DNA of 64,000 nucleotides from Pseudomonadota bacterium (GTDB lineage Bacteria; Pseudomonadota; Gammaproteobacteria; UBA1113): NCBI GenBank assembly GCA_021782495.1, contig JAJXUV010000001.1, positions 24,810 to 88,809 of the forward strand, read 5' to 3'. Shown piece by piece: positions 9,477 to 19,514 of this stretch (position 1 is its first letter; each line of letters starts with the position of its first letter). The notes under the pieces were generated by a model. It saw only the letters and a program-made list of their open reading frames with translations, ran no database searches and was not told where the DNA came from. The position numbers and the translations under genes were made by a program.

Positions 9477-10612
9477 TGACATTAGAAAATTCCTCTTTAG
9501 ATCTGAATGCACTTGCCGCTGAGATTAAAGCTTGGGGCTTGGCTCTGGGATTTGCAGCAGTGGGCATTTGCGATGTCGATCTCGAAACATACAGCGCCGA
9601 TCTCAAAGATTTTCTCGCAAAAGGATTTCAAGGCGAAATGGATTTCATGACGCGCAATCCAGAGTATCGAACCGATCCCACACAATTGCTTCCCGATGCG
9701 CTACGCATTATTTCAGTGCGGATGAATTATTTGCCGCCGAATACACAGATAGTCAAGCAATTAAAAAACGCTAAAAAAGCATACATTTCTCGATACGCGA
9801 TTGGCGGAGATTATCACAAATTCATGCGAAAACGGCTAGCGAAATTGGCGATGCAAATTAACAATAAAGTATCTGGTTATGGATACCGCGCCATCACCGA
9901 CAGCGCGCCTTTAATGGAAAAACCCATCGCTGAAAAAGCTGGTTTAGGGTGGATAGGTAAAAATACCTTGTTATTAAATAGAGAAGCCGGCTCTTGGTTT
10001 TTCTTAGGCGAATTATTAACAACATTGCCTTTACCGATTGATACACCTGTTGTCAAAGATGGTTGTCAAAATTGTCAAGCCTGTTTGAAGATATGTCCTA
10101 CGGGCGCTTTAATCGACGCTAAACAAATTGATGCTCGACGTTGCATTTCTTATTTAACCATCGAGCACAAAAGCGCGATCCCCATAGAACTAAGGCCTTT
10201 GATAGGCAATCGCATTTACGGTTGTGATGATTGCCAACTTATTTGTCCTTGGAATCGTTATGCGCCGGCAACCGCTGAAACGCAATTTCATGCACGCCAG
10301 GATTTTGATAAAACAGAATTGATTGCATTATTTGCTTGGGATGAAGCAATTTTTTTGGAAAAAACTTTAGGTTCTGCGATGCGTCGATTGGGACATCCAC
10401 GTTGGTTGCGCAACATTGCCGTGGCTTTGGGCAATGCCCCTTACGATCCGGCCATTGTTGTGGCTTTACAAAATCGTTTGAACAACAGCGATCCAATGGT
10501 TAAAGAACACATCGAGTGGGCCTTGGCCGAACAGGAACGAAAAAAAGAATGCGCTCCTATTATCGACTCTAAACTACAAAAAATCTCTGCGAAATTGAAT
10601 GTACATTATTGA
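9476..10612 (+). CDS. queG: Epoxyqueuosine reductase QueG
   Basis: Strong collinearity with E. coli QueG (LAxxIKxWGLxLGF, 4Fe-4S CxxCxxCxxxCP, RCISYLTIE, IYGCDDCQLICPWNRY, HEAT-like RWLRNIAVALGNAP). The start is set to the ATG overlapping the dam stop (TAATG); the ORF-track N-terminal extension is rejected. Confidence 0.9.
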   Translation: MTLENSSLDLNALAAEIKAWGLALGFAAVGICDVDLETYSADLKDFLAKGFQGEMDFMTRNPEYRTDPTQLLPDALRIISVRMNYLPPNTQIVKQLKNAKKAYISRYAIGGDYHKFMRKRLAKLAMQINNKVSGYGYRAITDSAPLMEKPIAEKAGLGWIGKNTLLLNREAGSWFFLGELLTTLPLPIDTPVVKDGCQNCQACLKICPTGALIDAKQIDARRCISYLTIEHKSAIPIELRPLIGNRIYGCDDCQLICPWNRYAPATAETQFHARQDFDKTELIALFAWDEAIFLEKTLGSAMRRLGHPRWLRNIAVALGNAPYDPAIVVALQNRLNNSDPMVKEHIEWALAEQERKKECAPIIDSKLQKISAKLNVHY

Positions 10613-10676
10613 AAAGCACTGGCTATCCTATCGCATTCGCGTTTTGACAATCCAAAATCAGCAGCGACCGTTCACC

Positions 10677-11084
10677 ATTGTTTAACTGCTAAACGAACTT
10701 CCCGAATAATAGACAAGGCGTCTTCTTTTTTTAATCTAAAATCTTCGGCCACAGACAGTGCAATGTCTAAGGAAACAGAACTGTCAGAGAAATCAAAGGC
10801 GGAATGCTCGTTTTGTGTTTTGGACTCAAAAATACGTTTTCATGCGGTAATTGAGAAAATCGCAATGCGCCTTGACGCGCTTCATCATTCACGCCCAAAA
10901 GATAATCCACTTCGAAAAGCGTGACAGGATTTGTATTTTGACTTTTGGCTTTAATTGCTTCAGCACGACGCATTAAAACACGCCCCCAGCGATTTTGATG
11001 TCCCTTCCAAGCTTGTTTAAAGCTTTTATAGCCGGAATAGGCAAATACGCCTGGTTTTTCATTATAGCCTCTTATAAAGAGCAT
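10677..11084 (-). pseudogene. Frameshifted remnant resembling the HipA C-terminal (HipA_C) catalytic-loop region, with catalytic residues degenerate
   Basis: The 105-aa ORF (..LFEVDYLLGVNDEARQGALRF.. compared with HipA ..VFQWLIGATDGHAKNFSVF..) continues in the -1 frame as ..DIALSVAEDFRLKKEDALSIIREVRLAVKQW* down to 10677. Confidence 0.3.
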
Positions 11085-11220
11085 AAATGCACTTAATGCT
11101 CGGTATAAGATACTTTAATGAAAAATCAAGAAATCTAGCTTAACGCATCTTAAAATAGGCGTTAACCTTACTAATAATTGTAATAAAAAACATTACAGCT
11201 CCGATCTCTGCGAAATACCC

Positions 11221-11955
11221 TCAACGTCTCTGCCTCAAAGCTTCATACAGACAAATACCTGCGGCGACTGAAACGTTTAAACTGGGGACTTGTCCCAACA
11301 TGGGCAAAGAAACCAAGGCATCAGCGGCTTCGCGCGTTAAGCGTCTGAGCCCTTTGCCTTCAGCGCCTAATAACAAAGCCACGGCACCCGACAAATTGGT
11401 ATCATATACGGATTGCGTGGCTTCCGCGCTCAAACCATACAACCACACGCCTGCTTGCTTTAAAATCTCTAAACTACGAGCTAAATTAGTCACTTGAATT
11501 AACACCACACTTTCCGCCGCACCACTCGCGACCTTTTGCACTACGGGCGTTAATCCCACGGCATTGTCTTTGGGAATAATCACAGCTGTCACCCCTGCTG
11601 CATCGGCGCCACGCAAACAAGCACCCAAATTGTGGGGATCTTGTATGCCATCTAAAACTAAAAATAAAGGCTTAGACTTTTCTTCCAATAAATCTTTTAA
11701 AGTATTTTCATCGTATGTTTTCACCGCTTTTTCTACAGCGTACACTGCCACCCAACCTTGATGATTAGCATGGCCCGTCATTTCATCTAACACCGTATTA
11801 TCGACTATTTTAAGCAACACTTTATTTTTCAAATCGACTAAGCATTGTTTCACTGCTGCAGCTTTAGCGGGATAAGTGTATATTATTTGTGGCAGACGGC
11901 CTTTTTGCAAGGCAGCTTTGACACTGTGTTGGCCGTAAACGATGGTTTCTTTCAT
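11221..11955 (-). CDS. rlmB: 23S rRNA (guanosine2251-2'-O)-methyltransferase RlmB (SpoU/TrmH family)
   Basis: 244 aa SpoU-type MTase with C-terminal SPOUT motifs, directly downstream of rnr as in E. coli rnr-rlmB. Confidence 0.85.
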   Translation of the reverse strand: MKETIVYGQHSVKAALQKGRLPQIIYTYPAKAAAVKQCLVDLKNKVLLKIVDNTVLDEMTGHANHQGWVAVYAVEKAVKTYDENTLKDLLEEKSKPLFLVLDGIQDPHNLGACLRGADAAGVTAVIIPKDNAVGLTPVVQKVASGAAESVVLIQVTNLARSLEILKQAGVWLYGLSAEATQSVYDTNLSGAVALLLGAEGKGLRRLTREAADALVSLPMLGQVPSLNVSVAAGICLYEALRQRR

Positions 11956-14249
11956 TTTTTTGATGCCGGTTTGTGCTTTTTAGCAGGTTTTGCTTTTGTT
12001 TTTTTTGCAAACTTTTTTTTAGCAACTTGGATTTTTTCTTTTTCCTTTTTTTGTTTTTTCTTTTTGTCTGTTTCCGCCAACACTAAATCAAAATCTATCT
12101 TACGTTGATTCAAATCTACTCGTATCACTCGAATATGCACTTTATCACTCAAAGTATAACGCATCCCCGTTGCTTCGCCCGTCAACTGATGGCGTATGGG
12201 ATCGTAACGATAATAATCATTTTTGAGTGAAGTAACGTGCACCAAGCCTTCAATGTATTCTTCATCTAAAGACACAAATAAACCGAAAGAAGTCACACCG
12301 GTGACTTTACCCGTGTATTCTTCACCGATTCGGCTAGACATGTATTCGCATTTTAACCAATCCACAGCATCTCGGGTTGCTTCATCTGCACGCCTTTCCG
12401 TCGCAGAACAATGCTCCGCCAATTCTTGTAATTGTTCAGCCGAATACATAAAACTACGTGGGCGTTTCTTTTCTAAAATATGGCGAATGGCCCTGTGTAC
12501 CAATAAATCGGGATAGCGTCTAATCGGCGAAGTAAAATGCGTGTAAGCTTCATAAGCCAAACCAAAGTGACCACAGTTATCCCCTTGATACACCGCTTGA
12601 CTCAAGGAGCGTAACAAGGCTGTTTGCAACAAATTCACATCAGGACGCTCTTGGATTTTTTTCATTATTTTTGCATAATCTTTTGGGCTGGGATTTTCTC
12701 CGCCCGATAAGACCAAGCCCCTTTCACGCAATAATGTTTGCAAAGTTCCCAACTTTTCAGGATTAGGTCCTTCGTGAACTCTAAACAATCCCGGCATTTT
12801 GTGTTTTAACAAAAAATTCGCTGCACATACATTAGCAGCCAACATGCATTCTTCTATCAAGCGATGTGCATCATTGCGATGTCTGGCGAGGATTTTCTCT
12901 ATTTTGCCTTGATCGTTAAACACAATGTAAGGCTCCGGCATTTCAAAATCAATGGCACCTCGTTTGTGTCGGATCTTAGAAAGCAATCCATACACCATAT
13001 AAAGATTTTCTAAAGAAGGAGTAATTTCCTGATATTTTTTTCTCAGCACAGGATTTTTATCCACCAACATACTGGCCGCTTCTGTGTAGGTTAAACGGGC
13101 TTTAGAATGCATCACAGCATCGTAAAATTTATATTGATTGATTTCACCTGATTCATCTAAACGCATTTCACAGACCATGCACAAACGATCGACCTTGGGT
13201 TGCAAAGAACACAAACCATTGGACAATACTTCCGGCAACATAGGAATCACTCGATTCGGAAAATAAACAGAATTGCCGCGATCCGCCGCTTCTTCATCCA
13301 AAGCCATACCGGGTTTAACATAATGCGCTACATCGGCGATCGCCACATACAATACCCAACCCGATCGCGTTTTCGTACAAAACACCGCATCATCAAAATC
13401 TTTCGCATCTTCTCCATCGATGGTGACAAAGGCTAAATCGCGAATATCCACTCGCTCTGCTTTGTCTTGATTGGAGACGTGCTTTTTAAAACGTTTCGAT
13501 TCCTTTTCAACCGCCATCGGCCAAGTAAAAGACAAACCATGGGAACGCGTTGCAATTTCAATTTCCATCCCTGGTGACATAGCTTCGCCCAAAATCGTTT
13601 TCACACGACCGAGCGGCACGGTGCGCCGATTGGCAGGCGTGATCAATTCTACGGTAACAATTTGTCCTGGTTTCGCGCCACCATTGTTTTCGGGTAAAAT
13701 TAAAATATCCTGATAAATGCTTCGGTTTTCCGGCACGACCAAACCAATGCCTTCTTCTACTAAATATTGGCCCACAATTGCCAAAGCATCGCGCTCTAAT
13801 ACTTCCACCACCGTCGCCATCTTTCTGCCACGCCGATCTTCGCCTGTTATCACGCGCACTAAAACACGATCACCATGAAAAATATTACGCATTTCTCTTT
13901 CAGATAAAAACACTTCACCTTTGCTTTTTTCTAAGATCACCAAACCAGAACCATCACGCAGTGCAACGACTTGGCCTTTTAATAAGGATAATTTATCTAC
14001 TAAAGCATATTCTTCTTTTCTATTCAATAATAATTGACCATCGCGCAACATGGCTCTTAAACGACGTCGCAAAGCCTCTTGCTCTTCAGGTGTTTTCATG
14101 TCAAAAGCGGCTTCCAAACTCTGCCCTTGCAAAGGGGTCCCCACATGTTCCAAATAAGCCATAATGTATTCTCGGCTAGGAACGGGGAAAGGATAATTGG
14201 CCGCTTCGCGGGCTAGATAGGGGTCTTTTTTCTTAAATTTGGGGCTCAC
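11952..14249 (-). CDS. rnr: Ribonuclease R
   Basis: 765 aa; RNB catalytic domain, S1 domain, and a Lys-rich basic C-terminal tail. Confidence 0.9.
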   Translation of the reverse strand: MSPKFKKKDPYLAREAANYPFPVPSREYIMAYLEHVGTPLQGQSLEAAFDMKTPEEQEALRRRLRAMLRDGQLLLNRKEEYALVDKLSLLKGQVVALRDGSGLVILEKSKGEVFLSEREMRNIFHGDRVLVRVITGEDRRGRKMATVVEVLERDALAIVGQYLVEEGIGLVVPENRSIYQDILILPENNGGAKPGQIVTVELITPANRRTVPLGRVKTILGEAMSPGMEIEIATRSHGLSFTWPMAVEKESKRFKKHVSNQDKAERVDIRDLAFVTIDGEDAKDFDDAVFCTKTRSGWVLYVAIADVAHYVKPGMALDEEAADRGNSVYFPNRVIPMLPEVLSNGLCSLQPKVDRLCMVCEMRLDESGEINQYKFYDAVMHSKARLTYTEAASMLVDKNPVLRKKYQEITPSLENLYMVYGLLSKIRHKRGAIDFEMPEPYIVFNDQGKIEKILARHRNDAHRLIEECMLAANVCAANFLLKHKMPGLFRVHEGPNPEKLGTLQTLLRERGLVLSGGENPSPKDYAKIMKKIQERPDVNLLQTALLRSLSQAVYQGDNCGHFGLAYEAYTHFTSPIRRYPDLLVHRAIRHILEKKRPRSFMYSAEQLQELAEHCSATERRADEATRDAVDWLKCEYMSSRIGEEYTGKVTGVTSFGLFVSLDEEYIEGLVHVTSLKNDYYRYDPIRHQLTGEATGMRYTLSDKVHIRVIRVDLNQRKIDFDLVLAETDKKKKQKKEKEKIQVAKKKFAKKTKAKPAKKHKPASKK

Positions 14250-14281
14250 TTTGACTCCGATTAAATGATACTAATATAATT

Positions 14282-14427
14282 AGGGCCTGTTTACAATTCT
14301 ACTATGCTGAGTATAATTCGTTGATTTTCGCAGCAAAGCTGCCCATTTATGTCCGTATAAACTCCGCTGCGGTCCTCGAAAATCAACGAATTCTCCCGCG
14401 GCCTAGCAAATTGTAAACAGACCCTAT
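14282..14427. mobile_element. MITE-like palindromic element (QMITE-like family 1), nested inverted repeats
   Basis: Outer IR TAGGGCCTGTTTACAATT / AATTGTAAACAGACCCTA and inner perfect 15-bp IR ATTCGTTGATTTTCG / CGAAAATCAACGAAT; a short relative occurs at 56781-56832. Confidence 0.6.
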
Positions 14428-14452
14428 TTAAATAACCTTAAGGATTCTCAAC

Positions 14453-14683
14453 ATGTTAAAACGCAGCTTCATAATCGCTTTTATTGCACTCACCTTATCT
14501 GCCTGTCAAACCGATCCCAGCGCGATCGATTATAACGCCAGTTCCAATAGACAACAGGAATGTGATCGTATTCTAGCACAATTAGGAGTCAGTGGCGATG
14601 CAGTCTTAGAACCTGAAACCTCTTCAACACCAGAGCGCAAAAAGCTGGTGGCTTTGTACAGTGCTTATGGTTGTGACAAATAA
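14453..14683 (+). CDS. Small lipoprotein (76 aa)
   Basis: Signal peptide with lipobox LSAC; two Cys in the mature part. Confidence 0.5.
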   Translation: MLKRSFIIAFIALTLSACQTDPSAIDYNASSNRQQECDRILAQLGVSGDAVLEPETSSTPERKKLVALYSAYGCDK

Positions 14684-14725
14684 AGGAGGCCTCGACAGCG
14701 GCTGCTGTCGAGGATAATATAGCGT

Positions 14726-15232
14726 TTAATCCGCAGCGACAGCTTCAGCCTTTTTAGAACGGCGAGGCGCTCTCATGACATTTCTGGCAGCTTTTTTGGT
14801 TTTAGCCTTGACGCCGCTTGGCTTCTTAGCCGCAATTTTCTTACTCACTGCTTTTTCAACCGCCAAATGCTGCTTCAAGGCTGCCTTAGCCGCTTTCAAT
14901 TCGGGCATCAAACTAGAAAGTTCTTTCTTCAAGGTATGCGCCACAGTTTTGGCATGTCCAAAAGCACTATTGAGCACATCCACTTTGTTTTTATGTGCCG
15001 CCGTTTTCTTCCCTGTTACTTTCGCTTTAAGCGCGCCTTTTTTCGCTTTTGCTGTTTTCATCGCTTTATCGGCCTTCGCCCATTGTGCTTTGATTTTTGT
15101 CACAGCTTTCTCAGCATTCTTTACCCAATCTTGATGAGCTACCGTTAATTTCTGTAAAATAGCTTTACATTCGGTTTGTAAATCTGCAATTCCACGGTGC
15201 GCACTATTTTTTGTTGTTTTTCTTGGCATCAT
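14726..15232 (-). CDS. Lys/Ala-rich basic protein, histone H1-like (Hq1/Hc-type nucleoid protein family)
   Basis: 168 aa, extremely K/A-rich with AKKxA-type repeats typical of bacterial histone-H1-like proteins. Confidence 0.55.
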   Translation of the reverse strand: MMPRKTTKNSAHRGIADLQTECKAILQKLTVAHQDWVKNAEKAVTKIKAQWAKADKAMKTAKAKKGALKAKVTGKKTAAHKNKVDVLNSAFGHAKTVAHTLKKELSSLMPELKAAKAALKQHLAVEKAVSKKIAAKKPSGVKAKTKKAARNVMRAPRRSKKAEAVAAD

Positions 15233-15333
15233 TGTTTCTCCAAAAGTTTAAAAGAAGGCGTATTGTCCAACACTTGGAAATAATTTGCAAGTATTATACA
15301 CTGTTATTTAAATTTCAAACGAAAAGAACCTCG

Positions 15334-16101
15334 ATGTACAACACCATCCAACAAATTATCCTGACAAAACCACTCACTACAGCCAACACTTTATTGCAAT
15401 CACTCAAAACACTCGGCATGCGTGTGCTTTCTTTTCCTACTTTAGAAATAGCACCGCTTCCTGAAGTCGAAACTTATTTTCAAAGGTTCGGACCTTCATT
15501 TTTTGACATTGCACTGTTTATCAGTCCTACGGCAGTACAATATGCCATTCAACTCTGTCATTTGAATTCACTGGATTGGGCTCAAACTCCCTGCATTGCT
15601 CAAGGCCCTGGAACCGCTAAAGCTTTAAAAAACTATGGATTTCAAAATATCCTATTTCCTGAAAAAGAGTACACGAGTGAAAGCGTATTGGCATTGCCGA
15701 TTTTAAATGAAGTTCATCGGCTTAACATTGCTATTTTTAAGGGTTTAAACGGGCGAGGGTTATTGACATCGCAACTTTCGCAACGTGGGGCAACCGTCAT
15801 TGAATTCAATTGTTATGAACGTCACTGTCCTCAAACGTCATTGAATTTAAGTCAGCCTACAATTCCCCCTGAAAATACCCTATTCATCGTCACCAGCGCG
15901 GCAGCCTTAGAAAATTTGGCTCTTTTACTCGATTTTGCTCACTCCCCCCCCCCCTTCAAATGGTCTAAGTGTCATCTCTTAGTTATTCATGATAAAATGC
16001 GGCAACTAGCGCGTAATTTAGGACATAAAGGAGAAATCGATTGTGCAGACAATGCCAGCGATGAAGCGATTATCACATGCATTCAAACATTGGGTTGCTA
16101 G
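15334..16101 (+). CDS. hemD: Uroporphyrinogen-III synthase
   Basis: HemD-like fold, first gene of a hemD-hemX-hemY cluster; start trimmed to the internal Met. Confidence 0.7.
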   Translation: MYNTIQQIILTKPLTTANTLLQSLKTLGMRVLSFPTLEIAPLPEVETYFQRFGPSFFDIALFISPTAVQYAIQLCHLNSLDWAQTPCIAQGPGTAKALKNYGFQNILFPEKEYTSESVLALPILNEVHRLNIAIFKGLNGRGLLTSQLSQRGATVIEFNCYERHCPQTSLNLSQPTIPPENTLFIVTSAAALENLALLLDFAHSPPPFKWSKCHLLVIHDKMRQLARNLGHKGEIDCADNASDEAIITCIQTLGC

Positions 16102-16274
16102 TAACCGCTCGCCCTTGAATTGAAAGGCATTTAGACAATTGTCGTTTCAATGGTTATCGCGGAATACCCCGGTGAATGGCCCCCGCGCGCGCAGGAACGA
16201 GCACGACGGGTAACTGTTAATTAAAACAGGACCCGTGTATTGAATCAAGAATTTTGTTTTAAAGGGTAATAACC

Positions 16275-17270
16275 ATGACCGAACAACAACCTCAAATACC
16301 TAAAACAAACGGCTGGCTTGTCTGGCTCAGTTTGGGTTTTGGCATCCTGGCGCTAGGCTTAGGCTTAACCGTCTCTATCTATTTTTATTACCATGCCAGC
16401 GCTTGGCAAGCTTCTTTCTCTGCTAGTGCAGAACAACAATCCGACATGAAACGCACTTTAAAACACCAAAAACAAGACATCAATGCCCTCAATGCAACCG
16501 TAGACACATTAAGTGCTCAAAACACAAATGCAACTCAAGTTTTAACAGACTTGCAAACACAAATCGGCGCGCTCCAAACACAGTGGTCTAAACCCGCCTT
16601 GGCCCATGTTTTATATTTGGCTCAATTGGCACAAGACGCTTTATGGTATCAATTCGACAACGCCCAAGCTATTTTATATTTAAAAGAAGCACATACTGAA
16701 TTGACTCAAAGCAACGATGCTGAATTTCAAACTTTAGATGCCGCCGTACAGCAATCTTTAACGGCTTTAGCAGCAATAACGGCCCCGAATGTTCCTAAAA
16801 TCGTAACTCAATTGTCCGAATTACAAGATGCTGTGAATGCTTTGCCTTTAACACAAACTGAATCTGAAACCACCACCAAAATCCAAACCGGTCGCGATTC
16901 ATCATTTTGGAGCAATTTGTGGGGAAGCGCTTGGCGGGGTTTGCAAAAAATCGTCACCATCAAACATTATGGCACCAATGCTCCACACTTTATCACGCCT
17001 GATGAACGCGCTTATTTCAATGCGCGACTTTGCTTATACTTAAATCAAGCGCAATGGGCTGCACTGACGCATAATTCTGCTTTATTCAACAGTAGTATGG
17101 TAGACGCAGAACATTGGTTGAAAACCAATTACGACACCAACAATGCCGCAGCACAAGCTTTATTGCAAAAAATACAAGCTTTAGAAAATACGAATTTACA
17201 ACCCCGTTTCCCTGAATTATCCCCTTTGATTACCCGCTTACAACAAGCTCTACTGAGTGGGAGAAAATAA
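16275..17270 (+). CDS. hemX: HemX-like membrane protein (putative uroporphyrinogen-III C-methyltransferase family)
   Basis: N-terminal TM anchor plus a long Q/A-rich coiled coil, in the canonical position after hemD. Confidence 0.65.
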   Translation: MTEQQPQIPKTNGWLVWLSLGFGILALGLGLTVSIYFYYHASAWQASFSASAEQQSDMKRTLKHQKQDINALNATVDTLSAQNTNATQVLTDLQTQIGALQTQWSKPALAHVLYLAQLAQDALWYQFDNAQAILYLKEAHTELTQSNDAEFQTLDAAVQQSLTALAAITAPNVPKIVTQLSELQDAVNALPLTQTESETTTKIQTGRDSSFWSNLWGSAWRGLQKIVTIKHYGTNAPHFITPDERAYFNARLCLYLNQAQWAALTHNSALFNSSMVDAEHWLKTNYDTNNAAAQALLQKIQALENTNLQPRFPELSPLITRLQQALLSGRK

Positions 17271-17273
17271 AAT

Positions 17274-18446
17274 ATGTTTCGTTGGTTTAGTTCTATTGTC
17301 ATTCTGTTGTTTATCGCTTGGAGCGCCTTGATGTTGAGCGCTGCCCCAGGTTATATGGCCATTACTTATGGGCAATGGTCCATAGAAATGCCTTTATGGT
17401 TTGGGATCACGGCTACCATTTTTACCTTTATTGTTTTATACGTTTTATTGCGTTTACTTAATGGCCCAGGGATCTTATTACGACTCTTTAAAAAATGGCG
17501 TCATGCGCACCGTTATGAAAGCAGCCATCGACAAACCTTACAAGGATTATTGGCTTTGGCAGAAGGCGATTGGACCAAAGCTGAAAATTTATTGATTAAA
17601 TCGGTTAGATTCAATGAAATTCCACTCGTGAATTATTTGGCTGCTGCCAAAGCCGCGCAAGCGCTGAAAGCTTATGATCGTCGCGATCAATATTTGCATT
17701 ATGCCCTCGAATCCACTTCGGGCGCTAAAATAGCGGTGGAATTAACGCAAGCCGAACTCCAATACCATGACGAACAATGGGAGCATTGTTTAGCGACCTT
17801 AAGACACATTCAACAAGAAGAGCCACACCATAAATACATGTTGAAATTGTTGAAAGAAGTGTATTGTCATTTAGCCGATTGGTCTCATTTACTAGAATTA
17901 TTACCGCTTTTGAAAAAACAAAAAATGATCGATGCCTTTCAATTGCAACAATTGAGTGAAAAAGCCTATTTGGGTTGGTTATTGCAATGTTTAAAACAAG
18001 GTGACCCAGAGCAAGCCGAACTCTTTTGGCAGAAACTACCCAAAGCGCTGCAACGTCGCAAAGAATGGGTTTTGCCTTACGCGCATTTTTTATTAGACAG
18101 CCACAAAACGGATTTGGCTGAAGAACTCGTGCGCGATGCTTTAAAAGCACAATTTGAACCCGAGTTAATAGAATTATATGGTCAAATTCACAGTGCACGA
18201 TTGAATAAACAAATGGATTTTGCGTTGTCTTTATTGAAACAACAAGGCCAAGAACCTCACATTCTCTTGTGTTTGGGGCAATTGGCGATTGCGGATGGCG
18301 CTTTGTCTCAAGCCCATACGTATTTAACACACAGTTTGCGTATACGGCCTTATCCTAAAACGTATGCAGTGTTGGGTACTTTGTCTTTGCAATTGGGTGA
18401 TAAAGAAGAAGCTTTACGATGTTTTCAACAAGCAGTGGTAAAATAA
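17274..18446 (+). CDS. hemY: HemY-like TPR membrane protein
   Basis: Two N-terminal TM helices followed by TPR repeats; HemY_N architecture. Confidence 0.7.
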   Translation: MFRWFSSIVILLFIAWSALMLSAAPGYMAITYGQWSIEMPLWFGITATIFTFIVLYVLLRLLNGPGILLRLFKKWRHAHRYESSHRQTLQGLLALAEGDWTKAENLLIKSVRFNEIPLVNYLAAAKAAQALKAYDRRDQYLHYALESTSGAKIAVELTQAELQYHDEQWEHCLATLRHIQQEEPHHKYMLKLLKEVYCHLADWSHLLELLPLLKKQKMIDAFQLQQLSEKAYLGWLLQCLKQGDPEQAELFWQKLPKALQRRKEWVLPYAHFLLDSHKTDLAEELVRDALKAQFEPELIELYGQIHSARLNKQMDFALSLLKQQGQEPHILLCLGQLAIADGALSQAHTYLTHSLRIRPYPKTYAVLGTLSLQLGDKEEALRCFQQAVVK

Positions 18447-18482
18447 AAAAAAGCGCATCGCTTCAAACGTAACAGCTCACAC

Positions 18483-19496
18483 TCAATCTATTTGCGCAAT
18501 CACCTTATACAATAGAAAGGCGAACACAGCGCTGCAAGGCAAAGTGAGAATCCAAGCGCTAACAATATTTCCCGCCACACCCCAACGCACCGCTGAAACC
18601 CGCTTGGTTGCGCCGACGCCCATAATACTGGCATTAATACAATGGGTTGTGGACACTGGGATCCCCATCAAGCTCGCACTAAAAATAGTGAGCGCTGCAG
18701 AGGTTTCAGCAGCAAAGCCTTGTAAGGGAATGATTTTGATGATGCGTTGCCCCATCGTCTTAATAATGCGTTTACCGCCGGCCAAAGTACCCAGCGCCAT
18801 CGCCATCGCGCAGGCAATCACCACGGCTTTGGGAATGGTCTGCCCCCCATCGATTAACCAAGCTGGTAATGCGTGCGTTTGATTGTAGATCACTAAAGAT
18901 AAGGCAATGATCCCCATGGATTTTTGCGCATCATTAGAACCATGTGAAAAAGCCATAGCCGCAGAAGATAAGAATTGCATACGCTTAGAGATTGTCGTTC
19001 CAGTACGCGCACTGAGAGGCAAAAATAACCAAGCACACCCGACCATAAAGATAAAACCGAGAACAAAACCCAAAGTAGGCGATAAAACCAAGGGAACCAA
19101 TACCTTTTTATATAAAGCATTCCAATAAAAAGCGGAAGTTCCTGCGTGTGCGACCACACTTCCGGCTAAAGAGCCGATCAAAGCATGGGAAGAACTGGAA
19201 GGTAAGCCTAAACGCCAAGTGATTAAATTCCATAAACAAGCGGCTAATAAAGCACACAGAATCACTAATTGCGTTGCGGCTGCAGGATCGGCAAGCCCTG
19301 TGGCAATCGTTGTGGCAACGGCTGTACCTGACAAAGCGCCGATAAAATTGAAGAATGAAGCCATCATGACAGCGCTTCTTAAACGCAATACCTGTGTCGA
19401 CACAACGGTGGCAATCGCATTGGCAGCATCGTGAAAACCATTGATAAAATCGAAAATAAGTGCAACCGCCACGACGCACAGTAAAATACTTAGCAT
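18483..19496 (-). CDS. pit: Low-affinity inorganic phosphate transporter, Pit family
   Basis: Starts MLSILLCVVAVALIFDFINGFHDAANAIATVV, matching the PitA signature. Confidence 0.9.
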   Translation of the reverse strand: MLSILLCVVAVALIFDFINGFHDAANAIATVVSTQVLRLRSAVMMASFFNFIGALSGTAVATTIATGLADPAAATQLVILCALLAACLWNLITWRLGLPSSSSHALIGSLAGSVVAHAGTSAFYWNALYKKVLVPLVLSPTLGFVLGFIFMVGCAWLFLPLSARTGTTISKRMQFLSSAAMAFSHGSNDAQKSMGIIALSLVIYNQTHALPAWLIDGGQTIPKAVVIACAMAMALGTLAGGKRIIKTMGQRIIKIIPLQGFAAETSAALTIFSASLMGIPVSTTHCINASIMGVGATKRVSAVRWGVAGNIVSAWILTLPCSAVFAFLLYKVIAQID

Positions 19497-19514
19497 CTCG
19501 TTTTCCTTTTCAGC

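Noticed and set aside
9401-9478. N-terminal 26-aa extension of queG in the ORF track (MRCDAQHQCQGPLSC...)
   Set aside because: It overlaps the 3' end of dam in another frame. The conserved QueG N-terminus begins at the ATG overlapping the dam stop (TAATG).
14775-15148. Two overlapping plus-strand ORFs (119 and 93 aa)
   Set aside because: Antisense to the Lys/Ala-rich histone-like gene; the low-complexity mirror translation is Phe/Leu-rich.
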